Shown here in pieces: positions 39,472 to 53,000 of a DNA stretch of 64,000 bases. The position numbers and the translations under genes are program-made. Origin of the DNA: Botryllus schlosseri (taxonomy: Eukaryota); contig CM119371.1 of NCBI GenBank assembly GCA_051294905.1, positions 1-64,000 on the forward strand, in the 5' to 3' direction. The notes beneath the pieces were generated by a model. That model saw only the letters and a list, made by a program, of their open reading frames with translations, had not been told where the DNA came from and made no database searches. Position 1 is the stretch's first letter; every line of letters begins with the position of its first letter.

Positions 39472-40445
39472 CAGGGGTGGGCGAACATCGGCTTATTGAG
39501 CTTTTGTTTGCGGCTCTTTAATGATTGCATGTTACACATACGCTCCGCAGCGGTTCAACCTGATCATAGACTAATGCCTTCAATGGCGTATTAAGATTAT
39601 GCATATTGCTTTCGTGTTGTTTCTTTCCTTAACACTTGTAAAATTATAGGGAAGGCGGCCCTAAAGGGCGAGAACTTTGCTATTGAACTCTCGAATCACC
39701 CGCGACAATCTTACATGGTCATCAATCAGTGATAAATCCTTTTGATCATCCTTGAACTTGATAATGAATCACAGTAACACACGTCACGATAATTTCGTGG
39801 CGAACAATGGTGAATACAGGTCTTCCATTTGCATTGTAAAAGGCTAGCAATTGCTGCAGAGTTTGACCAATAAAATGTCGTTAATCCATAATTGCAAAAA
39901 AAGAAAGTACGAGCAGGAAAATAGAACTTTTAAAACGGACTGGGAGGGGGAGTTTGCATTCAGTGATAATGTAGTTAAGACGCTGTAATATCTGCCCAGA
40001 TTATCTCAATAACCACAAAACTAGTATCTTGAAACGTCAATATGAAACCAAATACCCAAACCTTGTCACGAGTTACCCAACGAAGACTGATGCCGGATAA
40101 ATACGATTACTGAGCAGAAATATTTGAAAACTAACATTCGCGTATGAAGCAGATTTGCCCATCCCTTCTCCATAGTATATGGAAACAATGATTAGTGGTT
40201 AATTTGTTGCGACACTTTGTTCTATTGGTTTCATTTTTAATATAGATTACGCATACGACGGGCGTAGAATACGTCATCACAATAAATAATTAAACAGGGT
40301 TCGAAGTATACGCACATCCGGTTCAGTTTATACATATGGTTATAATTATCGCCCATGCGTTACGTTCAAAAGTTCTAAATTCCATGCAACTGTTGGCGGG
40401 CCGGTCAAATTTCGTCCCGGGCCGGATTTGGCCCGCTGGCCGCAA
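39472..40445 (+). mobile_element. Degraded hAT Buster/Charlie remnant(s) just upstream of the integrin gene
   Basis: Left end CAGGGGTGGGCGAAC. About 39900-40055 translates KRKYEQENRTFKTDWEGEFAF...LKRQYETKY (GTF2IRD2-like N-terminus). GGGCCG/GGCCCG subterminal motifs at ~40395-40442. Confidence 0.7.
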
Positions 40446-40839
40446 AATATCCAAGTCGCCAAACTAAGCACTGCACAGCACGCACGCTCCCGCATATGTG
40501 CAGGTCCCTGTATGCAGTCAGATGACGTATGAACCAACGTTCGTGATTTCTGAAAAAGCGCTTGGTCAAATCGTATCATAGAAGCAAAATCACGTTACAA
40601 CGTCGTCTGTAGAGTTGGACGTTGATAAAATCAATACGCGTTTTCCTAAATAGAGATAATCGGAAGTCCTTGAACAAATCACATCCTCGCAATCCCTGGA
40701 ATCACCTCCATATTTATGCCAATTTCGGGATAGTATATAACGGTACGATCACCGCTGTATTGTTACTGTGTCACTGTGAGATTTGGGAGAAACAGAATGA
40801 CAGCACATCCAGTGAGGCGAAATAAATAATTGCTGTAAT

Positions 40840-41003
40840 ATGGCAGATTCGTTCAAAGTCGTCGCCATATTTCTTATTTATCAACTTGCATATGCAATCG
40901 CATTTAACCTGATTGTTTCACCGAAGACGTACAGATTCTCACCAGGAAATGAAAAGGATTTCGGATATTCTGTAGCGTTGGCATCGTCTTATGAGCAGAA
41001 TGG
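40840..41003 (+). CDS. Integrin alpha exon 1: signal peptide and start of propeller repeat 1
   Basis: MADSFKVVAIFLIYQLAYAIA-FNLIVSPKTYRFSPGNEKDFGYSVALASSYEQN; donor GG/GTAAGT. Absent from the ORF track because it is short. Confidence 0.88.
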
Positions 41004-44000
41004 GTAAGTAACCGATTTGGTCGTTCTACGTATATCTCGAAGTTGGCAAATCAAGATTTGGATTTCGACTGGTATCAAATGTAATCGTAACTCAAGCGCA
41101 GAGGTGAAATAAAATTTAAAAGTTCGCTATCAAATATGATGACAGAAGGAAGAAATATAGCGTTATGATATTCATTTATCATGCCTGATGAGTCTTATTC
41201 ACCAACCTTCTGAGGTCGTGAGAGGTAATAAACCTATATTCAAATTCTCGCCCGCTTTTGTTAGTATGTAGAAGGCCCATGCAGCTAGGCTATACGCTGA
41301 ATTAGACTTGAATGGGTGTGTCAGACTAACTGTGGGACTACAATATCATTCCAAAGGGTTGTTTACAGTGGATGTGTTGATTACCGCGTTGTTGTCGATA
41401 CCATATGGCAGGTAATTACTCTGATATTAAATATATATGGTTGCGAGGAAATGGAGCGGTCTACATTTACTGCTTATCGTTCATTGCGTAATATGCATAT
41501 CGGCGTTTGGTTTATATTAGTGGTACGCGTAACACTATAGTGGTACGCGAGAGCTTTTTAGGTGGTACGCGAAGAGTGCTGTGAGTAATATAATACCTAA
41601 GATTGGCGAGCTTCTGCACAAGAAAAAGTTGGAATTATCTCATTTTCATAGAAATCGCAGAGGTGATGACCACCAATCGCAGATCATTTGAAAAAGAGAG
41701 TAAGGCATTTACCCTTCAAAATCCATCGCAACTCGCAGTGCAGCTATATAACTTCCCGAATACTTCGTACAGTTCTCAAAGCGCACAATAAACCAAACTT
41801 TTCAAGACCGACATTTCCTTGTAATTTCGGAGAATAGTAAAGTAACCACAATGTTGGTAATTCGCTTACTTGTACTGATGCTTAAAATGCGACTAGAAAA
41901 TGGTAAACGTGAGGATAATTAGTATATTTTAAATGTGAATATTCGATATAACCAAACAGAGTTATAATGAGTCGCTTTAACAATACTTTATTTCGAAACG
42001 GAGCAGTCAATGCTATGACTTGGAATCGGACTCGAGTCATAATAGCACGACTCAGACTCGACCGTTAATTAGCTGACTTGGACTCGGACTCTACTCGGTG
42101 GTGAATTAAAATGACTCAACTTGACTCGAGTCAAAACTATTGAAGTGAGATGGGCTTGTGACTCGGAGCCTTGCGACTTGGTTACAAACCAGAATTTCAC
42201 CGCCAAATTTTATAGCCAGCGCTCCTCCAATCGCCTATTTAATGGTCAGCGCCCCACGCCCCCTTCATCCTCGCGAGCGACTCCAGAGGCGATCGCGCCC
42301 ACTTTCGCACCATCCGAGGTTAGGTGTGCGACGTCTCAACTAAATCTACATATGCCTACTTGACTACTTTTCGGACATTCATATTCGACTTCCTCTTAAA
42401 GTATTTTAAACATGTCTTGTAAATGTATGCCTTTATACTTGCAACAGAGAAGCACGTTTCGGCGTTAACTCTGTTTCTATGTGAGTAGAAACTGTGATTA
42501 CATTTACTATCTCTGATGATCATCTGATCTTGTTTAGGGTGTATGTAGGTAGCCCGAACAGCAATGCAGATGAAGAAGAAACGGGAGGTCAAAGAGATGG
42601 TTCTGTTTACTATTGCCCGATTCAAGATAAACCTGAAAAGGTCAACGGCCATTGTAGGAACCTCAACCTCATGAACAATAATGACAGCGATGGAAAGGGT
42701 GAGTTTTAGAAGATAAGGTATTTTGAGAATCACTAAGAGGGAGGATAAACTTACTTTTCTGTGTGTACAGAGTAATGAAGATAGGACCACGCAGCTTGAC
42801 TGGTCCTCAGTCATTGAGCCATCGAGTACTCTGACGCATAAGGGTTGATATAATGAAACAAAACACAAATATAAGTGATACCAAGTCACTGCAAACCGGG
42901 CAAGAATAAAATTGTCAAGCAATCAAAACCAATCAATTCATAAAATTGAAAATAATGTTTAGTAGCCTACTAGCAGATATGATCACTAAAAAAGTAACAC
43001 TTCTACTTTTCTGTAATCCACATCAGGCCGTTTTTAGACTCCTTGCACTTCTATTCAACAGTTTCTAAAACAAAATTACCAACAGTTTCGCTACACACTT
43101 ATATTTGCGCGTTTTGTATTTTGTAAAGTGGTTAATAAATCGTGGGAAGTTTTACATCACTTTTAAAAGTATAACTCATGATCATCGATAGAAATAGTCT
43201 TTGTGTCCCGGTATCTGAATATTTTTCCGAACGTGAACATATTTACGTTGTCATTATAGTCATTTTGCCCAAACCGTGAACGTGCACATTTCAATATCAA
43301 GTTGATTAACTATACTGAAAGTGTGATACGCTTCTGCCAAGATGTGAAACTATTTTTATGATTACTTCTGAGACTTCTCGCTTTTGGTATATTTCTCGTA
43401 TTTGAATAAAAAATCGTGGTATTAGTTCTATTTCTATTTCTATTTTAATAACAATCCTGACTGTAGCCTATATCCAGTACTATAACGTTGCATATATAGT
43501 ACACACATTGTGTTACACAGTATCCAAGGGCCTCTTCTAGTAATGGAAGATGTTTCATCCAACCTCCATAGTGGAGTCCACATCCATCAGTATCACATGA
43601 TAGGTCCCCAAGAAAATTTGTGTGATATTGTGTTTTTCTATGTAACCTCAAACTAGGCTAAAGTCAAGATATCGTTGCGATCTAAAATGTTCAGTCCGAC
43701 TGTGGATTTACATTAAGCCCACCTCAATTTAACAGCTTAATTTTAAATGAAACCATTGTGTATTGCATATTAAACTTAGACATTGCTTATCTCTACCAAG
43801 TTGGAAAGTTCAGAAATCTATGACCGGCGAGATGACGCTGGCGTGCCACAGTATGGGAGCCAATGATCTAACTATCCCGAATTATTCCCAGCTAATCACT
43901 CCACGTTGCTGAGTGTTGACTTCGAAGGATATCAACCATTGAAGCAGATGATTGATATAGATGATTTCAACTGGACTGAACACCAAGGAGAGACACAGAC

Positions 44001-47000
44001 ACATAATACGGGGCCGCATTTCGATCACACGTACGCAGGTGAAAAAGGATTCCGTATAATTGGTTTTGCTATCACCCGTGGGGCGTACACAAGGCTCTCG
44101 ATTGGAGATTCGGGTCTTCGGGGTATTTTGAGAAACAATATATATCTCTATCCAAGATGGTCAACATTAGAATTGCGATCCTCGAATCGTTTCTAGGACA
44201 GTATAAGAAAATAACCTCCTACCAAATCAAGCCCTGTGTCAGTATCCAAATTTTATTATATATAGTATTTTGTATGGTGGAAAACGTCAATGCCGTACGT
44301 AAATGGTCACTCAGCCAATATGAATAGGATGTTGTATATTTTCGCCTTGATATTTTTTCGGAACACACACCCACTCAAAATATACATACACAATATGTTC
44401 ATATAATATATAGTCGCAATGAAATGAAACTGAGTTTTGTCCAGTTTTCAAATTTTGAAGGTCAGTTTTCTAAACTTGAAAATAATCAAGGTTTTGAAAA
44501 TTTGTCAATTTCTTTGGCCATGCCTTGGCCATGGTTATGTCTGTCTCATTAAATCAACATTAATCTGGGCTAATACTTGGCTGAAAGAAGATGAAAACTT
44601 GAAGTAAAGTCAATTTTCTCGAAATGTAATATGGTCATCGGACAATGGACATAGGTCACTTTGATTCCACTGCGACGATAAATGCATACCATGAGTGCAT
44701 GGTGTGTAGGATGTCACTGGACAAGGAATGGTGCAGCACCTTGTAAGCATTCTAAGTTTTGTATACCACGCCTCCATGGTATCCCGGTACGTTAACTGTA
44801 GTTTGACCTCATCTGGTCATACACAAGCTCCAGTTAATGACAGCCGAACTGCGCTTCACAACTAGGTGATCTATCTATGAAGGAGTGTGTAATAGCAAGT
44901 TCCTAAACTAAAAACATCACGATGCAAATGTGTCTTAATCGTATTGTATGTGACGTTAAGACGTATTTTTTTCGGCGCACCTTCATTGACGCTTTTCTCA
45001 TCATCGATCAACAGACCGTTTGCTATATCGTACTCACGTTACGCTTCTAATCGTAATATCACTTTAATAGTAACACAGATACAATACATCAACTAGTTTT
45101 CCCATTTAGGCCCTCGCACATGCGTATATGTAGGCTTACCATATTTTGGAAATCTAAAAGGGGGACACTTTTTCAGAAATTTAGGACTTGCAAAACCGGA
45201 GAAGAATTCTCAAAAACCGGCCAATTTTTCCCACTTTGTGATCGGTCATCTTTCCGCTCAGATCTCAAAATACCGTTTTTCTCTACACATTGCCAGGTGG
45301 ATGACATATCACTCGCAATTTGCTCTAAATCTGACCTAAATTTTCAAAAAAGTAAGCCTATACCTTACGGCCTTAAAAAGCGGGACGTTTGGCTGACTGG
45401 TCGGGACGCCGGGACAAGACGTTAAAAAGCGGGACTGTCCCGCCTAAAACGGGACGTATGGTAAGCCTACGTATATGTACGCTGCAACTTGAGCTATTCT
45501 CATCCATATTTATCAATCATGTAACCCGCAGTGGCGGCTCGTCCTATAGGGCAACTGGGGCATTGCCCCACCTAAAATTCTGTTCAATAACCATTCTTTA
45601 CCATTTATAGACGCATAACAATCTATATGTACCGAAATCCCAGCGAAAATCGTAACTTCTTGTCCTTTCGCTTGTAAATGCCCATGTATAGCGAAGTCTC
45701 TGCGAAAATCGAATTCTCTTCGTTTTTTCGCTTTGCGAATGCCTAGCCGGGGCATGCCCCGGTAGCGCACATAACAAGCTTTCACTGCCTATTCTCTCAA
45801 AGCCGCGCGCAATAAAGAAACAGTGATTTACTCTCTCCTATTCATAAAATTACCGAGCAGGTAGGGCAACATAGCATGGTTGCCCCTAAGGTGTGATGTA
45901 ACAATTGTATCTATATCTGAACTCGGTTACCGTTATATGCGTTTAGTCGACCTTTGCTGGATAGGTCGATTTTGATGGTGTTTCACACCATGATAATTCT
46001 TGAAACTTGGTATGTCATGTCGTGATGGTGGTATTTAACACTGTCCTAAGTTCTACTCAAAGTTTAGGGTAGTAATTCCGTTTCCAAAGTTGAGTGTGTG
46101 CTGATCCGTCATGTATCGCAAACAGATTTTACTCAAAAGCTGGTATTGGTATCCATTGATTTTGACGATGTTCCATACCGAGATCGGTCATGACATTTGG
46201 TACGGTAAGTCTTAATGTTAGTATCCAACGCTGTACCAAGTTTCAAGTTTGACACTGAACTATGTTAATGGTAATTTCGTTTCTTAAGTCGAGTGAGAGC
46301 TTACTCGTCATTTATCGCAAACATATTTTACGCAAAGCCGGTATTGGTCTCCATTGATTTTAACGATGCTCCTTAGCTAGATCCATCATGAGCTTTTACA
46401 TGGTATGTCTTGATTTTAGTATCGAACGCTGTGCCAAGTCTCAAGGTTGTCACTCAATGATTAGGGCAGCAATTTCGTTATCAAGGTCGAGTATGGCAGA
46501 GATTTGCGCTGATCTGACACTTAGCCTACCTAACGCATTGCAGATTTCACGCAAAAGCCGGTGTATCTGTGTTAACGCTAACTGTGTTCCATACTGAGAT
46601 AGGTGATGAGATGATGATATCATGAAACAGTTTATTAACATCCTCGGTTTGCATTCAAATATTTAGTTTTATTTTATATTCTCCAATGTCAATTTCATCG
46701 TGAAATTGTGGCCTTCAGGCCATTTGCTCACAATTACAACCCCTGTCAAGCGCGATAGCTGTTTCGTTTTCGATGGCGGCTAACAGCAGCTGATCGCTTG
46801 ATCAGCCTATTCCTCAGTAAATTTTAGGCAAAATTCGGTGTTGGTCTGTTCGTATTGGTTTTGACAGTGTGCCATACCGAAAACGGTCATGATGAGGCTG
46901 CTTCTCGATGATTTCATGTAACAGTGTACCTAGTTTTCGGCTTTCATTCATGTATTTATTCGATAATATATTTTCCGACGGCGATTTTGCAGCAGACATA

Positions 47001-50000
47001 TAGACACTATAGACCGTAAGCCGTATGTGTCGTGTGACAGTCTCCAGCCTCAAGGCCAAAATCTCTCAAGCTGTACCGGGACCGAATTTCCGAGGCTGCT
47101 ATCCGTAGTTCTTCAGAATGATATTTTGGATTCAATATGACATGTCCTATCTATGAGATAACAATTGCGTATGTGTCCGAACTCAATGACCTTTCCAGTT
47201 AGGCTTACGCAATCTCTCGAGTTATAGTCATTTCTATTTCTGCAGATAATTAGTCAGGTATAGTGCGAACTAGTGCTGGGCAAAATCGAGTACCTGGATG
47301 ATTCGATTCTGAATCACGTAATATGCTTCGAGTCGAGTCGAGTAATCGAGTATCACTCAGTACGACGTCATAACAGAATGTAATACTTGAAGTTCAAATA
47401 TTTACCATTTATGCCACCACAAAAAATATATTTTCTGTTATCCATCTCATAAAAGATACTTTGGTATTTTTTCGACCATACCGATTTCATTGCACTTGGT
47501 GACAATGTTGTGGGATAATCATGACTTCGTAAATGTGCTACGTCCAGTAACCTTCGTAGCTTTGTATTATATGTTACGTATGCTACGATACCACCCATCA
47601 AGGTTTCAGGGCTTCTATAGTATCGAAACTATAATTCTCGTTGATAAATTAACTTTCAGTGGCGAGGTGCGTATTATTTCAGTACTCGAAAAAAATCGCC
47701 TTTTACTACTCGACTCGAATAATTAAAATTAATACTCGAATCATTGTGCCCGGCCCTAGTGCGAACATGAACCGTGTCGAATCTTTGTTCCGTACGCCGT
47801 TTACGCAGTTACCACACTTCAAGTCACAGCTGGATTCAATCTCTACAGAATTATACCATCCATGTCTGACATACGCAGCGGGTCGACTCGCGGTTATGTC
47901 TGTATAATGGTTTATTTTAATTAAGCCCTCGGCGTGTGTCATAAAATGCCGCATAGATTTTCTTAAACGAACCACAAAGTTACAACAACCGGCAGAAATT
48001 TCGCTACACTGACCTGAAACGTTTCGTCTTACTCTAGACCAGGGGTCACCAACCCGGTGCCCGCGGGCACCAGGTAGCCCGCGAGGTCCAGATGTGGTGC
48101 CCGCGAGCCTGTTCTGAAAATAGATCGAATAGTAGCATTTGCCAATATTCGTCAGATTATCACCAGTGAGCTTTTAAATAGATAAATTGAGTGATTTAGC
48201 TATTGTTGTTTAAATCATACTATAACATGTGACTTGGAAATGACAATACATATATATAAACACTTAAAATGATGATAGCAAATATCCCCAATTACAACCA
48301 GTAATATACCAACATGTAGCCTAATCGAATCACAAGATATCGAAGACTGAGCACTGAGCACTACCTAAACAGGCGACATATGGCGGAATGCTATCCACGG
48401 TCTTCTTGAAATGTCGGTGGTGAAGCTGGACAGTGGACATCCAGAACAATGACACATGAGCAAATGGCATTACTATTCGGTAGCAGATAGCCGTGTTTCT
48501 CCTTTTCTGTAATAGTTGTCACTGCCCGGTATAATGCTCGACAAGTGGATTCGCTTGTCAATCAAATCCTTTCGAGACTCTTTGGCAACATATACTTACC
48601 AAGGTCATTCTGACTTAACAATGCCCCAATCCCGAAGCCGGCGATCGCAACGCTGACAAAGCCGGCACAGCTCGTGTGATACTATAGATCAGTGGTTCTC
48701 AACCTTTTTCACCTCGCGGACCGGTAAAATTTCAAAAAATGTCTGGCGGACCGGTGAACTTTGAAAATTGAAATGAAGCCAGAATGTAAAGTATGCAACT
48801 GTTTTTTTGCAATTATATGGTGCTAAAGAGTGACATTTAAAGGGTTTTGATCGTAATTGAATATCTTCATGACGCCATCCATGTGATTTTATGGTAGTCA
48901 GTCTCCAGAGTCGAGGTAAAATTGCCTTATCCAGTTGAACGTGCTACCGCCGAGAGTCGTTTACAGTCTTTCGCGCCAAAGGCTGCGAGTTTAACCGACC
49001 ACGCCAACTCGAACCAAGCACCTTGTCGGGCTACCTTGCTCATTGCCCACTGCCACCAGACGCATAGGCTACTCTGGCAACTACGAATACAATGCGTGCC
49101 GCAAGAAAACACCTTGCAGCAAACTATACCGGTTATCCGGAAATCCGGGCCACAAAAGCACTTCGTTAGCCAACCCCCAGAAACGTTGATCTTGGACCCC
49201 CACAGGGCGATAATCCAAACTTCCGGGGCTTCGCCCCCAGACCCTGCAGTTGGGGGTGTGTTTTCACCTGTACTTGTGAGCACATTCATTCTACTCAGTG
49301 TAAGCAGAGAGTTTATCCTGCTTAATTGCGCTAACAGCGAAAATTATCGATCATTCATGACTGAATCGGTTTTCTCGGTGAGGAATTTTGGCACACCTTT
49401 CAGAGTCCCATGTTAGCCCAAACTTCATAATGGGCTGGTACGTCGTGGCATGGTAATGGCTGACGCCGAAATGGCTATTTCTATAAACCATGCGTATTTC
49501 TCGTAGAAGGGCACCTAATATAAGCAAGACATTTAGTGATACTAAATCGCGTAAAGCGCGAAAAGAAATTGAAAATGTTTGGAAAACTTTCAGAAAAATA
49601 CGCTATGATTTATGTTCATTTGTAAAATAATCATGGGCTCTTTTCAATGGGCCCCTCTCCAATTGGGTTTGGGTGCCCCAGTTACGGTCCTGCACAAAAT
49701 GAATGAATCGAAAACGAATGATCGCGCAAACTGCGCTGTTTAGCGATGAGTCAGCTCATATCTGTTCTGTATACTTGTCGCCCACATGTCGTCAAATGAC
49801 ACTCCTTGAACTTTAAGTCAAATTGAACATGTTTCCAGTCCTAATGTTACCTCATGAAGTTCTGAATAATTTTAAAATTTGATAATTTATTTATTTTATT
49901 AATGGACAAGCCTTCAACATTGCATCTTGAAATTAAGGTATAAAATTGTGATATACCTGGCGGACCGGCAGGAATGTCGTCGCGGACCGGCAACGGTCCG

Positions 50001-53000
50001 CGGACCGGCGGTTGAGAACCACTGCTATAGATAACTAAGGTGTAAACCTTAGCGGTGCCTTGTTGACACGGAAAAGTACAGTGGTGTATGCGCAGCAGCT
50101 ATGAAGGTTGCAAGCATGTTTGGTTTAACTTATCGTTGTGAATCGGTCTTCTCGGACATGACCTTTATCAAAAACAAGCACAGAACACGCCTCACTGATG
50201 CACATCTGGAAGACTCACTCAGAGTAGCAGTTTCAAGTTACATACCAGAGTACAGCGCAATAGCTGATAACATGCAATGCCAGCCTTCCCACTGACTGAT
50301 ATAAATAGAGATAACAAGATGTCCACTGTCCAGTCCAAAGTTGACTTGATTTGAGTTGACTGTTGCATTATTTATACAAATAGGTGCTATGGTGCTAAGT
50401 AATTCATAATTTCTTAATAAATGCCAGTGAAGAGCTAGTTGAAATGAGATGTTTTGATTTTACAAGACTGTCTTGGAAAGAAGTCTTACTGCAATGTGAT
50501 TACTGCCCTATGAATATCGAAGTGGAAATTCAGGAGGGTAAACGGCAGGAGTAAATGGTGCCCTTTGCATCAATCATTATCAAAAAGTAGCTCTCGGGTG
50601 CAAAAAGGTTGGTGACCCCTGCTCTAGACTTCTCATACCGCCGTGATTACGATGAAGTCTTATCCGGCCAATAATATGTTTGCGGAATGCCAGGTGACAG
50701 ACCCTGCCCCAATTCACCCTGCCAAATTTTGATCTAGGCAATATAAAAACGTCAAAGGAAATAATGCCAGTTCGGTATCATAAAGAATAACTTGGTAATT
50801 CTCGGGTATATCTATTTAATACCGTTTTGTCACGATGCTGTTGGTCGATCAATATACATCACAGAAATGTCGTTTCAATGTACAATAAAAGATTGTGCCA
50901 TAGCTACTGCAGCATATATTTTAGATGCTGCAATTGGATTTAGTTTAGCAATCCTTAACAAGGGATATATGGAGCCCTTGGAGGTACGAAGCACCATGCA
51001 ATATCAATATACAATGGAATCTTTTCTGGGCATATTCAATCAACTCGAAGAGTTTCTTCACGATGCACGCGATTTCTTGTCAATGGATTTCGTGATTTTA
51101 ATAATAGTAACCAAACAAGTTCAAACATACGCATGAATTGAATATGAGAGCACGGTACAATATTAATACTGGTATCGCTTCAGACTGTTGGGATGCATTA
51201 GTGCAGCTGGGAGCTGTGCAATCAGCTTGTGGCGGTTGTTATTGTTTTGTTATTCATGGTGATTCGATTGGTATGGCCATTTACGCCAGGCCGATATTTC
51301 CTATAATGATTCCTGATATGCCGACTCATAGCACGATTCACCTTCGTTGTACGCTTTTTTCGTAAATACCTTTTTATGGCAATGGGCGTATCACTGCGGT
51401 ACTCGAAAATAATCGTCGCTCAATACTTGACTTGACAGTCGAACACTTCCTGCTATAGTATGCCCAATCCACGCCAACGAAATGGAATAGTTTGAAAATG
51501 TAGCCAGGGGGGATCTTGTCGATATGGCAGTGCGGGTCTTATTACCATACACAATTAACCTACCATTGAATTCCTATTTGTCACCCAATCAGTTCAGTTT
51601 AACGGATAGCCAAGTTCGAACTGGCATGGTGCATAGGATCATAGTAAGCCCTATTAGCCCCATTCACAGCAACAAGAACAACAACAACAACAACTATTTG
51701 CAGATTCACGAATGAATTAATAATAATAGTTTCGCGTATCACTATCAAATATTTATCTTTTCTCAGCCCTTGTGATCAGATTCGTCGGTAGATTTGATGG
51801 AGGGTGCGTTTTCTAAAGTTTCTAGGGCAAATTCTGAACAATGTGGCTTCTTCTAGTTAGTGCTCTTCAACCGGGGTTGCCGTACACCCTAGGATGTACC
51901 AGAATTTGCAACGGGTGTACCACTCGAATGGGGTGTACAGGGGTGTACCAGATCCGAATTACAATGAGCCGATGGCTAGCTATCGCAAAGGCAGGTTTAT
52001 GGGTCAGTACAGGTTGACGCACAGGTTAATGAGCAATATGATACGATGTTATCTCAAGTGTTAAGGCCTCTGCACACTGACCTCGCGACGCAACATCGCG
52101 AGTTGCGCGTTGCGAGTTGCGAGTCGCAAGTCGCGAAGCAATGCACACTGGTCCCGGCAGTGCCCACAAGCGGCAACTACAGCTCTTGCGCGTTCTGTCC
52201 GAAGTCTCGCAAAGGATACACTTTGCACAGCTCCCGATAGATCGCAAAATGAATATTTCAATGGGTATACATGGGTTTGTTAATGAATAAGATGACGTCT
52301 TATACGCACACTTTTCCATTAACGAACCAATATCATATTTCAATGCTGAAAACGCATAATCTGGGTGACCCAGTTAAAGGCGCTATTTCCGGTTGCCGAT
52401 CCAAATTTCTGAAGTTCTAGCTGTAGCCTATTATGCTACAGACACCAAGCCTTTCTGTATTCCACTGCCTCAGTGACTGCATCGACTGTCAAGCACTCAT
52501 ACATTAATTTCTCGGTATGATATAGAACAGGGGTTCTCAACTTCCCTCGTATAACGGGCCGCATTTTCACACTAAAAGACGCCGCGGGCCGCAGAACATT
52601 ATCACCATGTATTTGCGAACCACTACTAAATTTAGGCTACTGTAGCCTATTTACCAGTCTTATACGGGAATTTAGTACATTTTTATGCATTCTAAAGCAT
52701 TAATGGAGAGTGTTCGTAAGTTTGCAGTTGCTGTTTTTTGTTAGGATATCTATCTTCAAGTGGCGCAAGTAAATCCCTTCATGGAGCGTACATTCTATTC
52801 GTTGCCATGTTGGTATATGTACCCTTCAAACCCTTCCACCAGAGAACCGAACTCGCTGTTTCAATGCGTGAGCGAGCAAGTATTAAAATTACGGTGACAT
52901 TTTCGTTACAGAGGTTATTATCACTTTGAGCTCTCAGTGATATGAGAAGAAGTCAGACTTTCGGGGACATTTGTGAGCAAACCAATCAACTCTTCTCCTT

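Noticed and set aside
42356..42922. 188-aa minus-strand ORF
   Set aside because: It is the antisense shadow of integrin exon 2 and has no motifs.
43801..43891. Alternative upstream acceptor for exon 3 (CCAAG/TTGG at 43800)
   Set aside because: In the required phase it hits a TGA within 8 codons; the acceptor at 43891 keeps the frame.
48922..49416. 164-aa ORF
   Set aside because: It lies inside a nested MITE and has no recognisable domain.
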